Assembly: GCA_013265495.1 (NCBI GenBank)
Contig: MU058636.1
Location: 5,119,741-5,183,740, forward strand
Direction: 5' to 3'
DNA from: Vicugna vicugna
Lineage: Eukaryota
Length of the DNA stretch: 64,000 bases
In this document: positions 12,567-24,320 of the stretch, one piece after another
How the letters are laid out: each line of letters begins with the position of its first letter
Position numbering within the stretch: the stretch's first letter is position 1
The notes under the pieces: generated by a model
Database searches by the model: none
The model's input: only the letters and a program-made list of their open reading frames with translations
Told to the model about the DNA's origin: nothing
Translations under genes and position numbers: made by a program

Positions 12567-12790
12567 AATAATAAATAGAGATGGGAGAGAATAAAGAGAC
12601 AGGAAGTGCTGGAGCAGGCCAGATGGGTTTGAGTGATCAGAGCAGGGCGTTAGGTAAGAAAGCAGCATGATGAAATTCAGCTGGGCTGATGTTGTCAGCA
12701 GTCATGTTCCCTGAGAAGTGAGATGGGTCCTCAGCTGTGGGGGGACCTCCAGGTATGAGCTCTGCAGGTAGAAGCACCTGGGCTGTGGCT

Positions 12791-12826
12791 GTGATACAGA
12801 CAAGGGGCCTTTCCTTTAGCTGGGAC

Positions 12827-12861
<35 letters not shown>

Positions 12862-12902
12862 ATACAGACAAGGGACCTTTCCTTTAGCTGGAACTGTACT
12901 GT

Positions 12903-12933
<31 letters not shown>

Positions 12934-12968
12934 ATGCAGACACGGGGCCTTTCCTTTAGCTGGGGCTG

Positions 12969-13007
<39 letters not shown>

Positions 13008-13094
13008 AGACAAGGGGCCTTTCCTTTAGCTGGGACTGTACTCTGTGTGTGTGTGTGTGATGCAGACAAGGGGCCTTTCCTTTAGCTGGGACTG

Positions 13095-13125
<31 letters not shown>

Positions 13126-13192
13126 ATACAGACAAGGGGCCTTTCCTGTAGCTGGGACTGTACTGTCGGGGTGTGTGTGTGTGTGTGTGTGT
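12791..13192 (+). repeat. Compound minisatellite: 6 x [40-bp core GATACAGACAAGGGGCCTTTCCTTTAGCTGGGACTGTACT + variable (GT)n]
   Basis: Cores start at ~12793, 12861, 12933, 13003, 13059 and 13125, differ from the consensus by only a few substitutions, and are each followed by a TG run of different length. Confidence 0.97.
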
Positions 13193-13764
13193 AGACTTTG
13201 TTGTGTTTGGATAATACTAAGCAAAGCAATGATTTCTGGGCAACTATTGAGAGTAGCTGTACACCCCAGCTGGGCTGGCAAGATAATATTGCTATATTCT
13301 CTGGAAGATCCCCTCTTCCAGGTTTACTACCGTTCTTGTGGCTGTAGTTGAATAAAGTTACGTTTGCTTAAACTGAACGTGCTTATCTGAGCTGTCTTCC
13401 TTTTAGAAAAAAAATGGTTACGTGATGTAAATCTGCTGAGCATTGTGGAGATAAGACTGAGAGGGCCACATGCAGCTGAGATTGAGTGGATTGAGTCCTG
13501 GGAGATGGGAAAATTGGGGGGAAAGTGAAAGCAAACAGTCACATTCGTACAGCACAAGCCCTGGAAGTGGATCTTGATTCATTTCACACGCAATTCCAAT
13601 GTGCCCCAGCAGCTAAGACCCTTCTGTGTTTGCTTATTTGTTTAGTAAAGGGAAATGTCCACAGCCTAGCAGGCTAGTGAGCTGCTTGCCTGGGGAGAAT
13701 TACAGTAATTGAGCCACCCTGGAAGGCAGGAAACAGGGCTCTAACAGGGTTTTTTTTTAAGGGT

Positions 13765-14000
13765 ATTTTAAAAATGGCTGTGTAATGTTCCATCTGAAAA
13801 AAATGAACCATATTTTTTAGGACTTTGTCTGTTTTGTCATTCCTACTTCCTCAGTGTCATATAGTAGGCACTCAAATATTGCTTCAGTACATTTGGTGGG
13901 TTTCTAGTTTTTGTCTTTATGAGCAATGCTGCAGTAAACACAGGGATGCATGCATCTCGTGATTTCCACAGGGTAAATTCTTATGAGGGAAATTACTGGT
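13765..14000 (-). mobile_element. Old L1 fragment
   Basis: AATGGCTGTGTAATGTTCCAT...GGGTTTCTAGTTTTTG...CAATGCTGCAGTAAACA...GGGAAATTACTGG. Confidence 0.6.
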
Positions 14001-14005
14001 TTAGA

Positions 14006-14168
14006 ACAGTGCTTCTTAAGGTGCATATGAATCATCTGGAGGATCTTATTAAAATGCAGGACCTTATCCTACAGGTCTGGGGTGGGGCCTGAGAGTCTGT
14101 ATTTTAATAAGCTTCGGGTCATGCTGATGTTGCTAGTCCAGGGACCACACTTCAAGACTTGAGGCCCT
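14006..14168 (-). mobile_element. MER5A (hAT-Charlie MITE)
   Basis: CAGTGCTTCTT...GAATCATCTGGAGGATCTTATTAAAATGCAG...GGTCTGGGGTGGGGCCTGAGA...GGGACCACACTT. Confidence 0.88.
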
Positions 14169-15860
14169 AAGTGAGCAGGGGACAGGCCCAGGCCGTGCAG
14201 CAACTCATCTCTAGGAGGCAGGTTTGAGTGGGCCAGGGCCCCTTGTATTAGGAGAAAAGAGAAAACTAACCCCTGGTCTCCAGAGTCAGTCCCTAGACTG
14301 TCCAGGGTGAATTTCTTCTCCTCCCTCATGAAATATTAGAAAGGGTAAAGAAATCTCGGTGTTGATTTTTGTGATCTATTTGGAGTCAAATAGATGCACT
14401 AGCAGCCCAGAGGAATTATCAATGAACCACCGGTGAACAGGATGCTGGCAACTTGCCAGTTCTTGTTAGCATCTCTCCAGGGCGCACACAGGGAGCAGAT
14501 CATTAGGGTGGTCAGCCCAGAGGCTGCCTTTGCTGGGGACAGTCACACTGCTGCCTGCCCAGGCTTGCTTGGGGCTGAGAGCAAATTGCTCACTCCCTCC
14601 TGTCTCTGCTGTGAGACTTGAGTGACACTTGCCTCAACTTTGCCCTGGGTCAGCAGGAACCCTTTTCTCAGAAGAAATTTGACCCTTGACGCCTATTTTC
14701 CTTTTGTACAGGTTTTCTCCTCCTTATGTTTTTTTCCAGAAACTCTTCTCTCCAAAGTAGCTCCCGGGGAGGGGCCAGCCAGAGAAAGGCAGGAAGAACA
14801 GGCGGGTAGTGTGTACCCCCAAGAACTATGGCAGAAGATTTACAAATGGGGTTTGAGCTTGGGCTTGTGATGTGGTTGACCTCCAGGGGTGGTTTGAAAG
14901 CTGCCATGGTTTCATCTGGTCTTATTAACAGTTTCATCTGGAGAGATTTGCCCTTGAGGTGATTTTTGTGAAATGCAATCTAAAAACCAAGTAAAGAAAT
15001 GATTCACCAAAAGCATCACTTAGCCTGTGAGGGGAACTAAATCATTTCTTCCAATAAAGGCCTTTGTCTGCTAAGAACCCCATGACTTGAAAATACTGAG
15101 AGTGTGTTTCAAATGCTGTAGTTGTTCCAGGCGGCCTGCCATGTCCTGTGTTTCTGCTAGTTAGATGACATGAGAGGAAATTTTGTCTTCAGCAGGCAGT
15201 TCAAGAGAACTGACCAATGTGGGACACCTTCTGGGCCACAGGGAGTGCAGAAAACGTCTTGAAACATGGGCTCTGCCTTCACTCAGCTACGTGATCCAGT
15301 TGGAGAGACAACCTGGAGGCACACAAAATGCCCTGGGACGCAAGCCCTAAGGATGCACATTAATAAGAGTAGACAAACACAGACTGTCCTGATGCATACA
15401 CACGTCTAACTTCCCTAGTGGAAGCAGCCTCTCCCACTGTGCAATTCTGTGACTCTTGTCTCCTGTGTGTACCACTCTCCTGCCACTATTGCTTTTTATC
15501 TTATAAAAGGTTATTTATGAATTTGCCTTAACTCCCTAACTTATAAGCTTCTTGGAGACTCTGTTACGAGCCAGTCACTAGTAGGAGGATCAGGTAGAGC
15601 CAAATCAAAGAGGGCTTCCTGGAGGAGATGACTTGCCTCCTAGCTTTTGAAGAAAACAATGATCTTGGATTTGGTAAACTTACGCTCTCAGTTTTCATTT
15701 CTTCCATTTTGTAATTTTCTCTACCTCTGTGTTCTCATTTTTAAATATGAGTGATCCTCCAGCCAATATATTCTCTTTCCTTTGATTATCTTAAGCCTCC
15801 TGTACCTTTAGTTGACTCCTCCCTTGCTCCCAAACTTCAATTCCACATTTCCAAATACCA

Positions 15861-16012
15861 TGTGGCAAGCAGCCTCTAAGACAGACCCATCATCCCTGCC
15901 TCCTGGTATTCACGACCTTGTATAATTTGCTTCCCTTGAGTAACTTGCTTCTGACAGATATAATATAGCAGTATTGAGGGGTGTCGCTTCCGTGATCAGG
16001 TTGCAAAAGATC
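15861..16012 (+). mobile_element. MaLR LTR 5' fragment (MLT1E/F-like)
   Basis: Begins TGTGGCAAGCAGCCTCTAAGA...CCTCCTGGTATTCACG. Confidence 0.75.
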
Positions 16013-17164
16013 ATGACGTCCACCTCATCAGCAGCATGGAGCCCATGCTTGTGTGATGTGTGCCTCAGGGGACCATTGCCGAACTTAAAGGGTCCACCTG
16101 TCAAGTGATTTATTTCTCAACAGTGATGAGAAACACCTACTTAAAAAAGAAAAGCTTCTAGAAATACAAACAACAGCAGAGACCTTTTGAAAGTTCACTT
16201 GTCATTAACCCTCTTCCAGTTAAGACACTAGTCTTGTGTGTGTGTGTCTGTGTGTGTGTGCACACGAGGCAGAGAGGAACACTGAGTTGGTTTTTTTGAA
16301 TGTTTATGTCTTGATTCTCAACCATAACTAGCAGTCAAGTTAAGCACCACAAATGTGGCCTCTTCCCCCTCTCTTTTCCCCCCTCTCCCCACTTTTCTCC
16401 CGTCTTCCGGTAGAGGATATTTATAAAGGAGGCATACCCCTGGCAGGATGTAAACCCCGGGGCCTTGAGCTCTGGGATAATTTGGTGATAAAGGATTAGA
16501 ATGTCACATGAAATGTGTGTACCAGCTTCTCTTTGAACATCTCTTCTAACAAATAGTTTGTGATTCATTGTGCTCATTAACACCTGCCAAGTGACTGCAG
16601 GATTTTGCTAACTGTTGGTGTAATTTTGGGGTCCCTCACGGCTAGTATCTAAAGGGTAAGGGAACAGAGAGCACAGGGAAGATCCGTTTTCAGATGCAGA
16701 AGTCGTCTGCAGCAGGGCTGCGCCCTCCCACTCCCAGTCAGGAAGACATGGCAGGAAAGTGAGAAAGCTTAGTCTATGACGTCCTTCCTCAAATCAACCC
16801 AGATATGAACATCTGTAGGTGAGTGTGGCAGCAAACAATAGCAACTGCTTCCTGGACCTTCTTCTAGTTAGTAAAAAGCAGATGAATCTAAGTTGCATGA
16901 CTATGCACCTCCACCAGGAGAGAAAAATGCAAACCTTAAATATGTTTATTTTCCATAAATTGGCCCTGATGCAAAACAGTTGTTCCCCTGTGCTATGAGA
17001 GATTGCTCACCCCAGAGTTTGCTTTCTAAGAACTTTCCGGAGGCCATGGATTTGAATTTCAAAAAGCTTTCTGAAGAGTCCAAACCTCTTGCTAAGCCTA
17101 GAACATTCAGCACAGAATAGAGCATGAGGATGATTATTTTTCTCATCATCTGTACAAATAATTT

Positions 17165-17396
17165 CTCTCTTTTCCTAGGGTTTATTGAGGACTACCTGAC
17201 AAATAAATATTGTATATATTTAAGATATACAACACGATGTTTCAATACACACATGCACAGACATGTTAGCCACAATCAAGCTAACACATCTATCACCTCA
17301 CATAATTAGTTGTTGGTTTTTTTTTTTTTTTTTGGTGAGAACAAGTAAGATATATTCTCTTAGGAACTGTCAAGCATACAGTACAGTATTATTAAG
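17165..17396 (-). mobile_element. L1MA-type 3' end with 18-bp target-site duplication
   Basis: TTTATTGAGG...ATCACCTCACATAATT...TTTGGTGAGAACA, flanked by CATCTGTACAAATAATTT (17147-17164) and CATCTGTGCAAGTAATTT (17397-17414). Confidence 0.9.
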
Positions 17397-17634
17397 CATC
17401 TGTGCAAGTAATTTTTAAAATCTCTGGTGGGTCAGGGTCATGGCCAATATTGGAAAGGGAATGAGACTTAAAACATAGGCTTACAGCACCCCCGCAGGAG
17501 CACTGTGTTCTTTATGCCCTTAAGCTCCTGCTTTCAGAGTCTAGGGAGGAAGGTGTGGGGATGAGGAGTCAGCCTAGGACTCAGGAGAAAGACGGTGACT
17601 CATGTGTTCCCCTCCACCTTCATCGTCAGCCCTT

Positions 17635-17880
17635 TTATTATTGAGCATCTTCAATGTACCGGGTGATTTACCAGACTCCGTGGGGTACAACAGAGCAGTG
17701 ACTCAGTCCCTCCCGCCTGGATTTCAGAGTCTGGCTGGGGAGCGAGTGAAGACACCAGTTCTTGAATAAGCAGAGTGCTGTGTTATAACAAAGGCTTTAG
17801 AAAGCACTCTGGGGAACCAGGGGGAGGAGGGAGTAATGGTATCGGGGCCAGAAGGGAAGGCTTCATGGAGGAGGAAAAGC
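17635..17880 (-). mobile_element. L2 fragment
   Basis: TATTATTGAGCATCT...CAGTCCCTCCCGCC...GGGAAGGCTTCATGGAGGAG. Confidence 0.6.
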
Positions 17881-18220
17881 AGTCGGAGGAAGAAGAGGAA
17901 CAGAAGGAGGGGGAAGGCTCGTTCTTGCAGAAGGCTGTCACCCATGCCTGCTCTTTCCTCTGAGAGGGCAAAGCTGGGGGACACCTTGAGGAACAGAACT
18001 CTTTTTGGAAAGCACCAGGGGCCTGAAATAAACTCAGGCTGCTGTTGGCATTTGGAGACAAACAGAGAATAGAAAAGATAGTCAGCATTTTTTCTGAATG
18101 TAGAGGAAATCCATACCTTCTCACCACTGGGACATACTCTGTTAGAGCTGGCAGGATACCGTGAATGATCACTTTCCTTTCACAGGGAGGCTAATGAGCC
18201 TAAGAGCCCAGGAGGGCTTG

Positions 18221-18363
18221 CTTAGTTCTCAGTGCTCAGAGCTCAGTGCTTGGTACTTGGTGCTCAGTCCTCATTGCTCAGAGCTTAGTGTGTGGTGCTC
18301 ATTCTTGGAGCTCAGAGCTTGGTGCTTGGTTCTCAGTCCTCAGTGCTCAGTACTCAGCACTCC
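18221..18363 (+). repeat. Degenerate 7-bp tandem array (CTCAGTG / CTTGGTG), ~20 units
   Basis: cttagtt|ctcagtg|ctcagag|ctcagtg|cttggta|cttggtg|ctcagtc|ctcattg|ctcagag|...|ctcagta|ctcagca. Confidence 0.88.
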
Positions 18364-19749
18364 ACATGCGCACAGCCGTGTGGTGACCAGAGGCTACACT
18401 GAGAACAGAAGTTGCTCTGGAATGTTGATCACTCATGGAGTTCACTGACTTCTCAACAGCCTAAAAATATTTGAAAATGCTTTGTCATGACTTAGATTCT
18501 TTGTGTAGGAAAAGCTGAAGAAAAGAATTCTTTGGGCTATCAGTTCTTTCTGCATTTATTGGAAAAAGAAATCCTAGAATGAAAGACGTAGACGAGGTTT
18601 CGGATCCCACTTTCTCTGTGGCCTCAGCTTCCTCATCTGTACAGAAGAAGGCGGGGCTGGTGGAGCGCAAGTGCTCCTTCCTGCTTGGACCTGCTCTCAC
18701 TCTGAGCTCTGTGCAGGCCAGCAGCTGTTTGCAGTTACTAAGCCAGGAATTCAGAGGAAGTTCTTTCCCCGTAGTGTTTCTCCATCTGCCAAACTGAATT
18801 CTTTTTTGAGCAACATCTGTTCTAATTTCCCGAGGAATATTGTCTCAGTTGACCACAAAAATAATTACATACTTATTCCAGAGTAATCAGTTCATCTGAA
18901 TCCTTTTCAACAGGATAGCAGATTTCACTGGGAAAAGTGACATCTCAAGAACAGAGTTCCTCCAAGGTGCCACAAATCAGGGAGCCTACCAATCAATGCC
19001 CTGCCCTTAGGGGCAGCTTCTTACAGAGATGACCCTGCCATTTGGAGCCACACTAGACCTCAAACATCTGCCTGCTTCCCCTCCCTGCTCTTTCTCCTTT
19101 GGAACCGAGCTGTGGAAGTAGGATGTGGGAGGGTTGCTCACAGACTCTAACATGAAGTTTATGGTAGCGTAGGCAAAAGGAGCAGAGGGTTTTATTACAG
19201 CCGAGAGTAACACAAATAAATATATTCTGTTTCCTTTGATATATCCTTGAAAGGCATACAGTTAGCCAGTAGTTAAAAACCAAAAACAAACAGTGTGCTT
19301 GCAACAAAATCATCTCTTTTTGAGCTCCTGTACCTAGCATGACTAGGGGGTTGGGGTCAAGGGGTGATAATATGAGATGTATAATGATTTGGGGAAAATG
19401 AGTGAAGGTTTATAGAGCAGAAAACAACACTGGAAAGGCTGCCTAGGTGTTTGATCTTGGATGACCTTGAATGATAGGCTGAGCCTTGTGCTGCATTTTA
19501 TGGCAAGTATTGGAGGGATATGAACATTCAGTTAATTGGATTTCACATCTTTCGTATCTCAGGCTGCCCCTGTAAGGAAAGGGAGCATAATGTGCCATCT
19601 CTCCCTGGGGTATAGTGTTCTGGGCTCTGCATTCTTCCCTCTTCCTCAAATGATGGCCTTGCATAAATGTCTTGTAGGAAACTGGAAGTTTTCCAGGTCT
19701 AGGGGGACTGCTAAATCTTTTAAGGGAAATAATTATGGAACTGGTCTAT

Positions 19750-20070
19750 GTTCATTTACTCAGTTAACTAACATATTAAATACCTACTCTGTGTCAGATA
19801 CTAGGTTCTGGGGATACGATTAGTAAACCATGGTCCCAGATTTCAAGAATCTTGGATGGGGAGGGAGACGTTAAAATATATGTTCATTATAATGCAGTGA
19901 GAGACACAGAAATAAGCGCCAGGATCTGTGGGACTACAGAGGTTAAAAGGAAAGTTTTCTTGGAGAAGATGAAATATTGCCCTGCAGGTTAATGGATAGC
20001 TAAGAGTTACGTAAACAGGTCAAGAAGGGTACAGAGGCGTTTCAGGTCGAGGGATTAGTTGGTGTTGTGC
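19750..20070 (-). mobile_element. L2 3' fragment
   Basis: TTCATTTACTCAG...ACATATTAAATACCTACTCTGTGTCAGATACTAGGTTCTGGGGATAC. Confidence 0.75.
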
Positions 20071-20179
20071 ATTTTGGTATTATTAGAATAGAGTGCTCCA
20101 AAGAGAAGGGAGCAAAAACCAGATTATTATAGTTGGGAACCGAATGGAACTGGAGGAAGATGAAGCAGGGCGTGAATGA

Positions 20180-20900
20180 TGCATGCTAGTTCTGGAAATA
20201 TGTAGAACTGGATAATCTCAAATTCTTCTGCAAATACTTGGACATTCTGGACAAAATATAGCAAAGATTTTTTTTTTGAATGACTAGCTAGTTTTGAGAG
20301 AAAGGGGAAATCCCATAATTCTAGAAACAGAGGGAACTAAAATCCAGAAGGGTAAGCTCTTGCTCATGCCTTGGGTTAGGGGAGAGCGCAAAGAAGGTTG
20401 TCAGTCTTTGTAGCCCAGGATCTTGGATTTTGATGCCCTCATGGCGAGAGTAAACGAGGCCATGAGCTGATGAAAAAGACAACTGGAACTGAACTAACCT
20501 CCTCCTTTAATCCACATGCTCAAATGCCTGTACCCTTAGTGAGAGGGTGGACTAGGGAACTCTGTGGGCTGGCACAGAAGAGGACAGGAAGCTTGTCTGT
20601 CTTTGGGTGGGAAGAAAAGAGATCTCCTCCTCCTTCTCTGTGCCCTGTGCTGTGCTTCATCTGAGGTTTGGGTAGTGAGTTTATTCTATTTTTATTTTTT
20701 TGCATTTAGTAATATGGTCTCAAAATACAGAAAGCAAAACTTGATAATTACAAGGAGAAATTCACAACTGTGATGAATTACATTATAATAAACTTGTGTC
20801 AGTAACTAATCAAGCAGGCTCCAAATTAAAAAGTTATGTAATGTTTTAACAACATAATTAGCCAGATTGATGTACATATACAGAACTCTGCACCCAGCAT
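20180..20900 (+). mobile_element. Very old L1 pieces (5' region and ORF2 endonuclease-region fragment)
   Basis: TCTCAAAATACAGAAAGCAAAACTTGA...ACAAGGAGAAAT...ATACAGAACTCTGCACCCA resembles the L1 ORF2 N-terminal region. Confidence 0.5.
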
Positions 20901-20904
20901 TGAA

Positions 20905-21140
20905 GAGCTTGCGGCAACTCAGCTTCAAGCATTCTGAAGAGGACAAAGCCCTAGTGGATGGTGGTACACCAGAGGGAACCTAGAGACCTCAGTGACTGTG
21001 TGGAGGAGAGCTGTTCTGCCAGTCTGGCCCAGTACCTCCCAGTGTCTTGTGTGACAGAATAATTGCTTTATTCTTTAAGCTACTGTATTCTTTGGGCTCT
21101 GCCTTGCAGTAGTTTAGCCTTCAGCCCTAACCAATGAACT
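20905..21140 (+). mobile_element. MLT1-type MaLR LTR 3' part
   Basis: Ends TTCTTTAAGCTACTGTATTCTTTGGGCTCT...CCCTAACCAATG. Confidence 0.6.
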
Positions 21141-21159
21141 CAAGTTCTACCAACCATTC

Positions 21160-21825
21160 TTTTTTAATTTTTAATTCAAAAATAATTTTAGATTTATAGA
21201 GAAGGTGAATAATAGTATCAAGTTTCCACAGTCCCTTCACTCAGTTTCCCCAAATATTAGTAATCTTATATATCTATAATATAATTATGAAAACTGGGAA
21301 GTTAACATTGATAGAAAACGATCGATGATTCTGCAGCTTAGAGGAAGTTCTCCAATTTTCCCACTGATATCCTTTTTCTGCTCCAGATTCCATTCGGAAT
21401 CCTGGATTATATTTAATCATTTTCTCCGATCTTTGACAGTTCTTCAACCTTTCCTTGTCTTGCATGGCCTTGACACTTTTAAAGAGAATTGGTCAATTAT
21501 TTTGTAGAATGCCCTTCAATTTGGATTTTTCTGATCTTTTCTCATGGTTAGGTGGAGGTTATGAATTTTTCACAAGAATATTACAAGAGTGATATTGTGA
21601 CCTTGTCAATGCATTGTATCAGGAGCGGCATGCGACAAATCCCTTTACTGGTGATGTGAACTGTGTCACTTGTTTAAGGTGGTGTCTACCAAGTTTTTCC
21701 ACTGTTGGATTACTGTTTTCCCCTTGTGATTAATAAGTATCTTACAAGGAGATTCATAGATTCTGTAAATACCCTGTTTCTCTGCATACTTTTGCCCATA
21801 TATTTTAGCATCTATAGATAATTTT
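21160..21825 (-). mobile_element. L1MC/L1MD 3'UTR
   Basis: AATAATTTTAGATTTATAGAGAAG...CCCTTCACTCAGTTTCCCC...GGTCAATTATTTTGTAGAATG...CTTGTTTAAGGTGGTGTCT. Confidence 0.88.
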
Positions 21826-22101
21826 TGTGTGTGTTGGGTCTTCCTCTTGGCTGGTGTCCATACAGGGCTTAACCACCTCCCCAGCCAAGGGGTGAGGGAA
21901 GCAGCTGTTCCTTCTGCTGGGCTGAGTGAGTGGTCAGTGCAGACAGTGCAGGTCTCTCAGACCTGTGTGACCCAACAGTGGACGAGAGGCCAGTTGGACT
22001 CCACAGTCTGGGCGGCCAACATGAGAGGCAATATGTGACCAGTGAGGAGTTATAAGCTGCTTGAGGACAGAGACCAAGTTTGTCCCCTTCATGGTAAGGC
22101 C

Positions 22102-22465
22102 TGCTATGGGTTGAATTGTGTTATCCCCCTCCCACCCATTCACGTGTTGAATCTTTAACCCCCCAGTACTTCGCAATGCAGCAGTATTTGGAGATAGGGC
22201 CTTTGAAGAGATGACTGAGTTAAAATGAGGCTGTCGGGGTGGGCTTTAACCCAATATGACTGGTGCCCTTTCGAGAGGAGGCGGTTAGGACACATGGAGA
22301 GCCACAAGGGGTGCACATGCGGAGGGAAGACCACATGAGCGCACAGCAGGAAGACAGCCATCTGTAAGCCACGGACTTCCAGCCTCCAGGACTGTGAGGA
22401 AATAAATTTCTGTTAAGCCCTCCAGTCTTGGTATTTTGTTATGGCAGCTCTAGCACATGGACATA
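22102..22465 (+). mobile_element. Solo MaLR LTR (MLT1A/B-like)
   Basis: Start TGCTATGGGTTGAATTGTG, TATTTGGAGATAGGGCCTTT, GACTTCCAGCCTCCAGGACTGTGAG, polyA signal AATAAA, and TTTGTTATGGCAGC near the end. Confidence 0.92.
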
Positions 22466-22549
22466 GCCCCGCGTAGTTATCTTCTGAGTCAGTAAAGGAA
22501 TGCAAAGGCTATTGACCTGTGACTCAGAGGTCAAGGGCAGGCTTTCTAA

Positions 22550-22705
22550 AGTCGTGCTTCTTAACACCGGCCGCATGCAGATCACCTGGCCCTGGCCTCT
22601 TGTTAGAATTCAGATTCTGACTCTTAAGCCCTGGGAAGGGGCCTGAGATTCTGACAGACTCCCAAGGTGGGTGGTGGTCCAAGGGCCACACAAACTGTGA
22701 GTAGT
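22550..22705. mobile_element. MER5-family MITE
   Basis: ATCACCTGG...CTTGTTAGAATTCAGATTCTG...GGGGCCTGAGATTCTG. Confidence 0.7.
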
Positions 22706-23989
22706 GAGCCTTGGGGTCCTTGAGGTTTGCCTTTTGAATTGGACGGTCTTTGGTGATTTTGGAGGAAGACAGGGGAACTTAATCAGTTCAATTCAGCAAC
22801 TACTCGGAGCTCTTTCCAGACACAAGCCCCTGTGCTGCCCCACGGAGCTGCCCCCACATGGGCCAAGCAGCCTCCGCCCCCCCGGAGGAGGGGCGCCCCA
22901 GCAAGACCAGAGCCTGTCCAAACCGCCAGGCCCTTCTTTGTCTGGGGAATTTTATTCCATCTCAGGTACAGAGGATGAGGCTTGCCCATCAGTCATGCAG
23001 GGCCACTGGGGAGACAACTTTTTCATCAAAGCTTAAGAAAAACTAGATCAGTTTTTGAAAACAGTGGGAGGCAGCTGAGAGTTATTTGTTGATGTCAGTG
23101 ACCTTGTAATTCTAAATGGGATTCTCTTTCGTTTTCTGCCCTCGGGTTGGGGTTCTTCTGCAGAGGCATCATTCTCCTCCCGTACTTGCCTGCAAAGGCA
23201 GCTGGCTCACCACCGTACAAACTGTCAAGGTTGCCCTTGCCACCCCCCCTCCACCCCCCACTCCCAACCTTTCTCTCCCCCAAGCAATCAAGACTCCTTT
23301 AGGGGCTGCAGGAAGGAATAGTTTCTAGTGTTCACATAAATAAATAACCTATTCTTCACATGGCTCTTTTTCCCCAAAGCTCCAGGAAAACAATTTGTGA
23401 TGGAAATTAGGTGCAAGCTCTCGCTGAGAATTACAGAATGATAGAATTTTTATTATTAATAATTAATCAATCAATCTATAAATAGACACACACCACACAC
23501 CAGGTGACTGGGCCTGAGGAAGATGAGACAGGACTCCCTCTGATGTGTTTTGCGAGCCCCGCCCGCAGAGCAGGAGGCCGGAATGGCCTGGAGCAGGCCT
23601 GGGAGGGGGGTCTGGTGGAGATCCTTCCTGCCAGGGCACTGTAGGGGCTGGTTCTGGGGGAAGCTGGGAAGTCTGTAAGAGATTATTTACAGGGGGTGTT
23701 GAGCCCACTGAGTCTTTGTCTGCTTCTTTCAATAGAAAGGACCCGCACCTACAGTTTTTGCTTTTCTCCTGCTCCTTCAGATGGCTGGAGGACAGGTACG
23801 GGGTCTCAGCCTTAGGAGCCTGAGTGCTCGCCCTCCTCGCCACCAGTAGCTCTTTATTGGAGCGGCTAAGGAGCACAGCCCTGCCCCTGGGCTTGTGCCA
23901 GGCTGCTCTCTGGAGCATACCGCCCCTAGGAAAGCACCTCTAGCACCAAAGGGTGTGGAGCAAAACAAAAAGCCTTTGTTGCCTCTGCT

Positions 23990-24320
23990 TTATTTTATGT
24001 TATTTTGTTTTCCAGCTTTATTGATCTATAATTGACATACAAATTGTGTAAGTTATAGGTATACAGTGTGCTGATTTGATACACTTATATATTGCAAAAT
24101 GATTACCACCACAGTATTAGCTAACACCTCCAGCCCATCACATAATTACCATTTCTTTTTTTGTGGTGAGAACATTTAAGATCTGTTCTCCTAGCACCTT
24201 GAAGTATGTGATACAGTATTATTATCTACTGTACATTATATCCCCAGATATATATATATATATATATAAAGTTGTTGAGATTGTTAATCTTGTAACTAGA
24301 AGTACAGTCCCTCTGACTGG
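23990..24320 (-). mobile_element. L1MA-type 3' end with (TA)n
   Basis: CAGCTTTATTGATCTATAATTGACATAC...CATCACATAATTACCATTTC...GTGGTGAGAACATTTAAGATCT. Confidence 0.88.

Noticed and set aside
12791..13192. CRISPR array
   Set aside because: The 'spacers' are all (TG)n rather than unique sequences, there are no cas genes or leader, and the context is mammalian.
12637..13281. 214-aa ORF with repeated HTHT and STVPAKGKAPCL units
   Set aside because: It is a by-product of the stop-free tandem repeat read on the minus strand.
14374..14395. 9-bp perfect inverted repeat ATCTATTTG-GAGT-CAAATAGAT
   Set aside because: A stem this short is expected by chance in 64 kb of AT-rich DNA.
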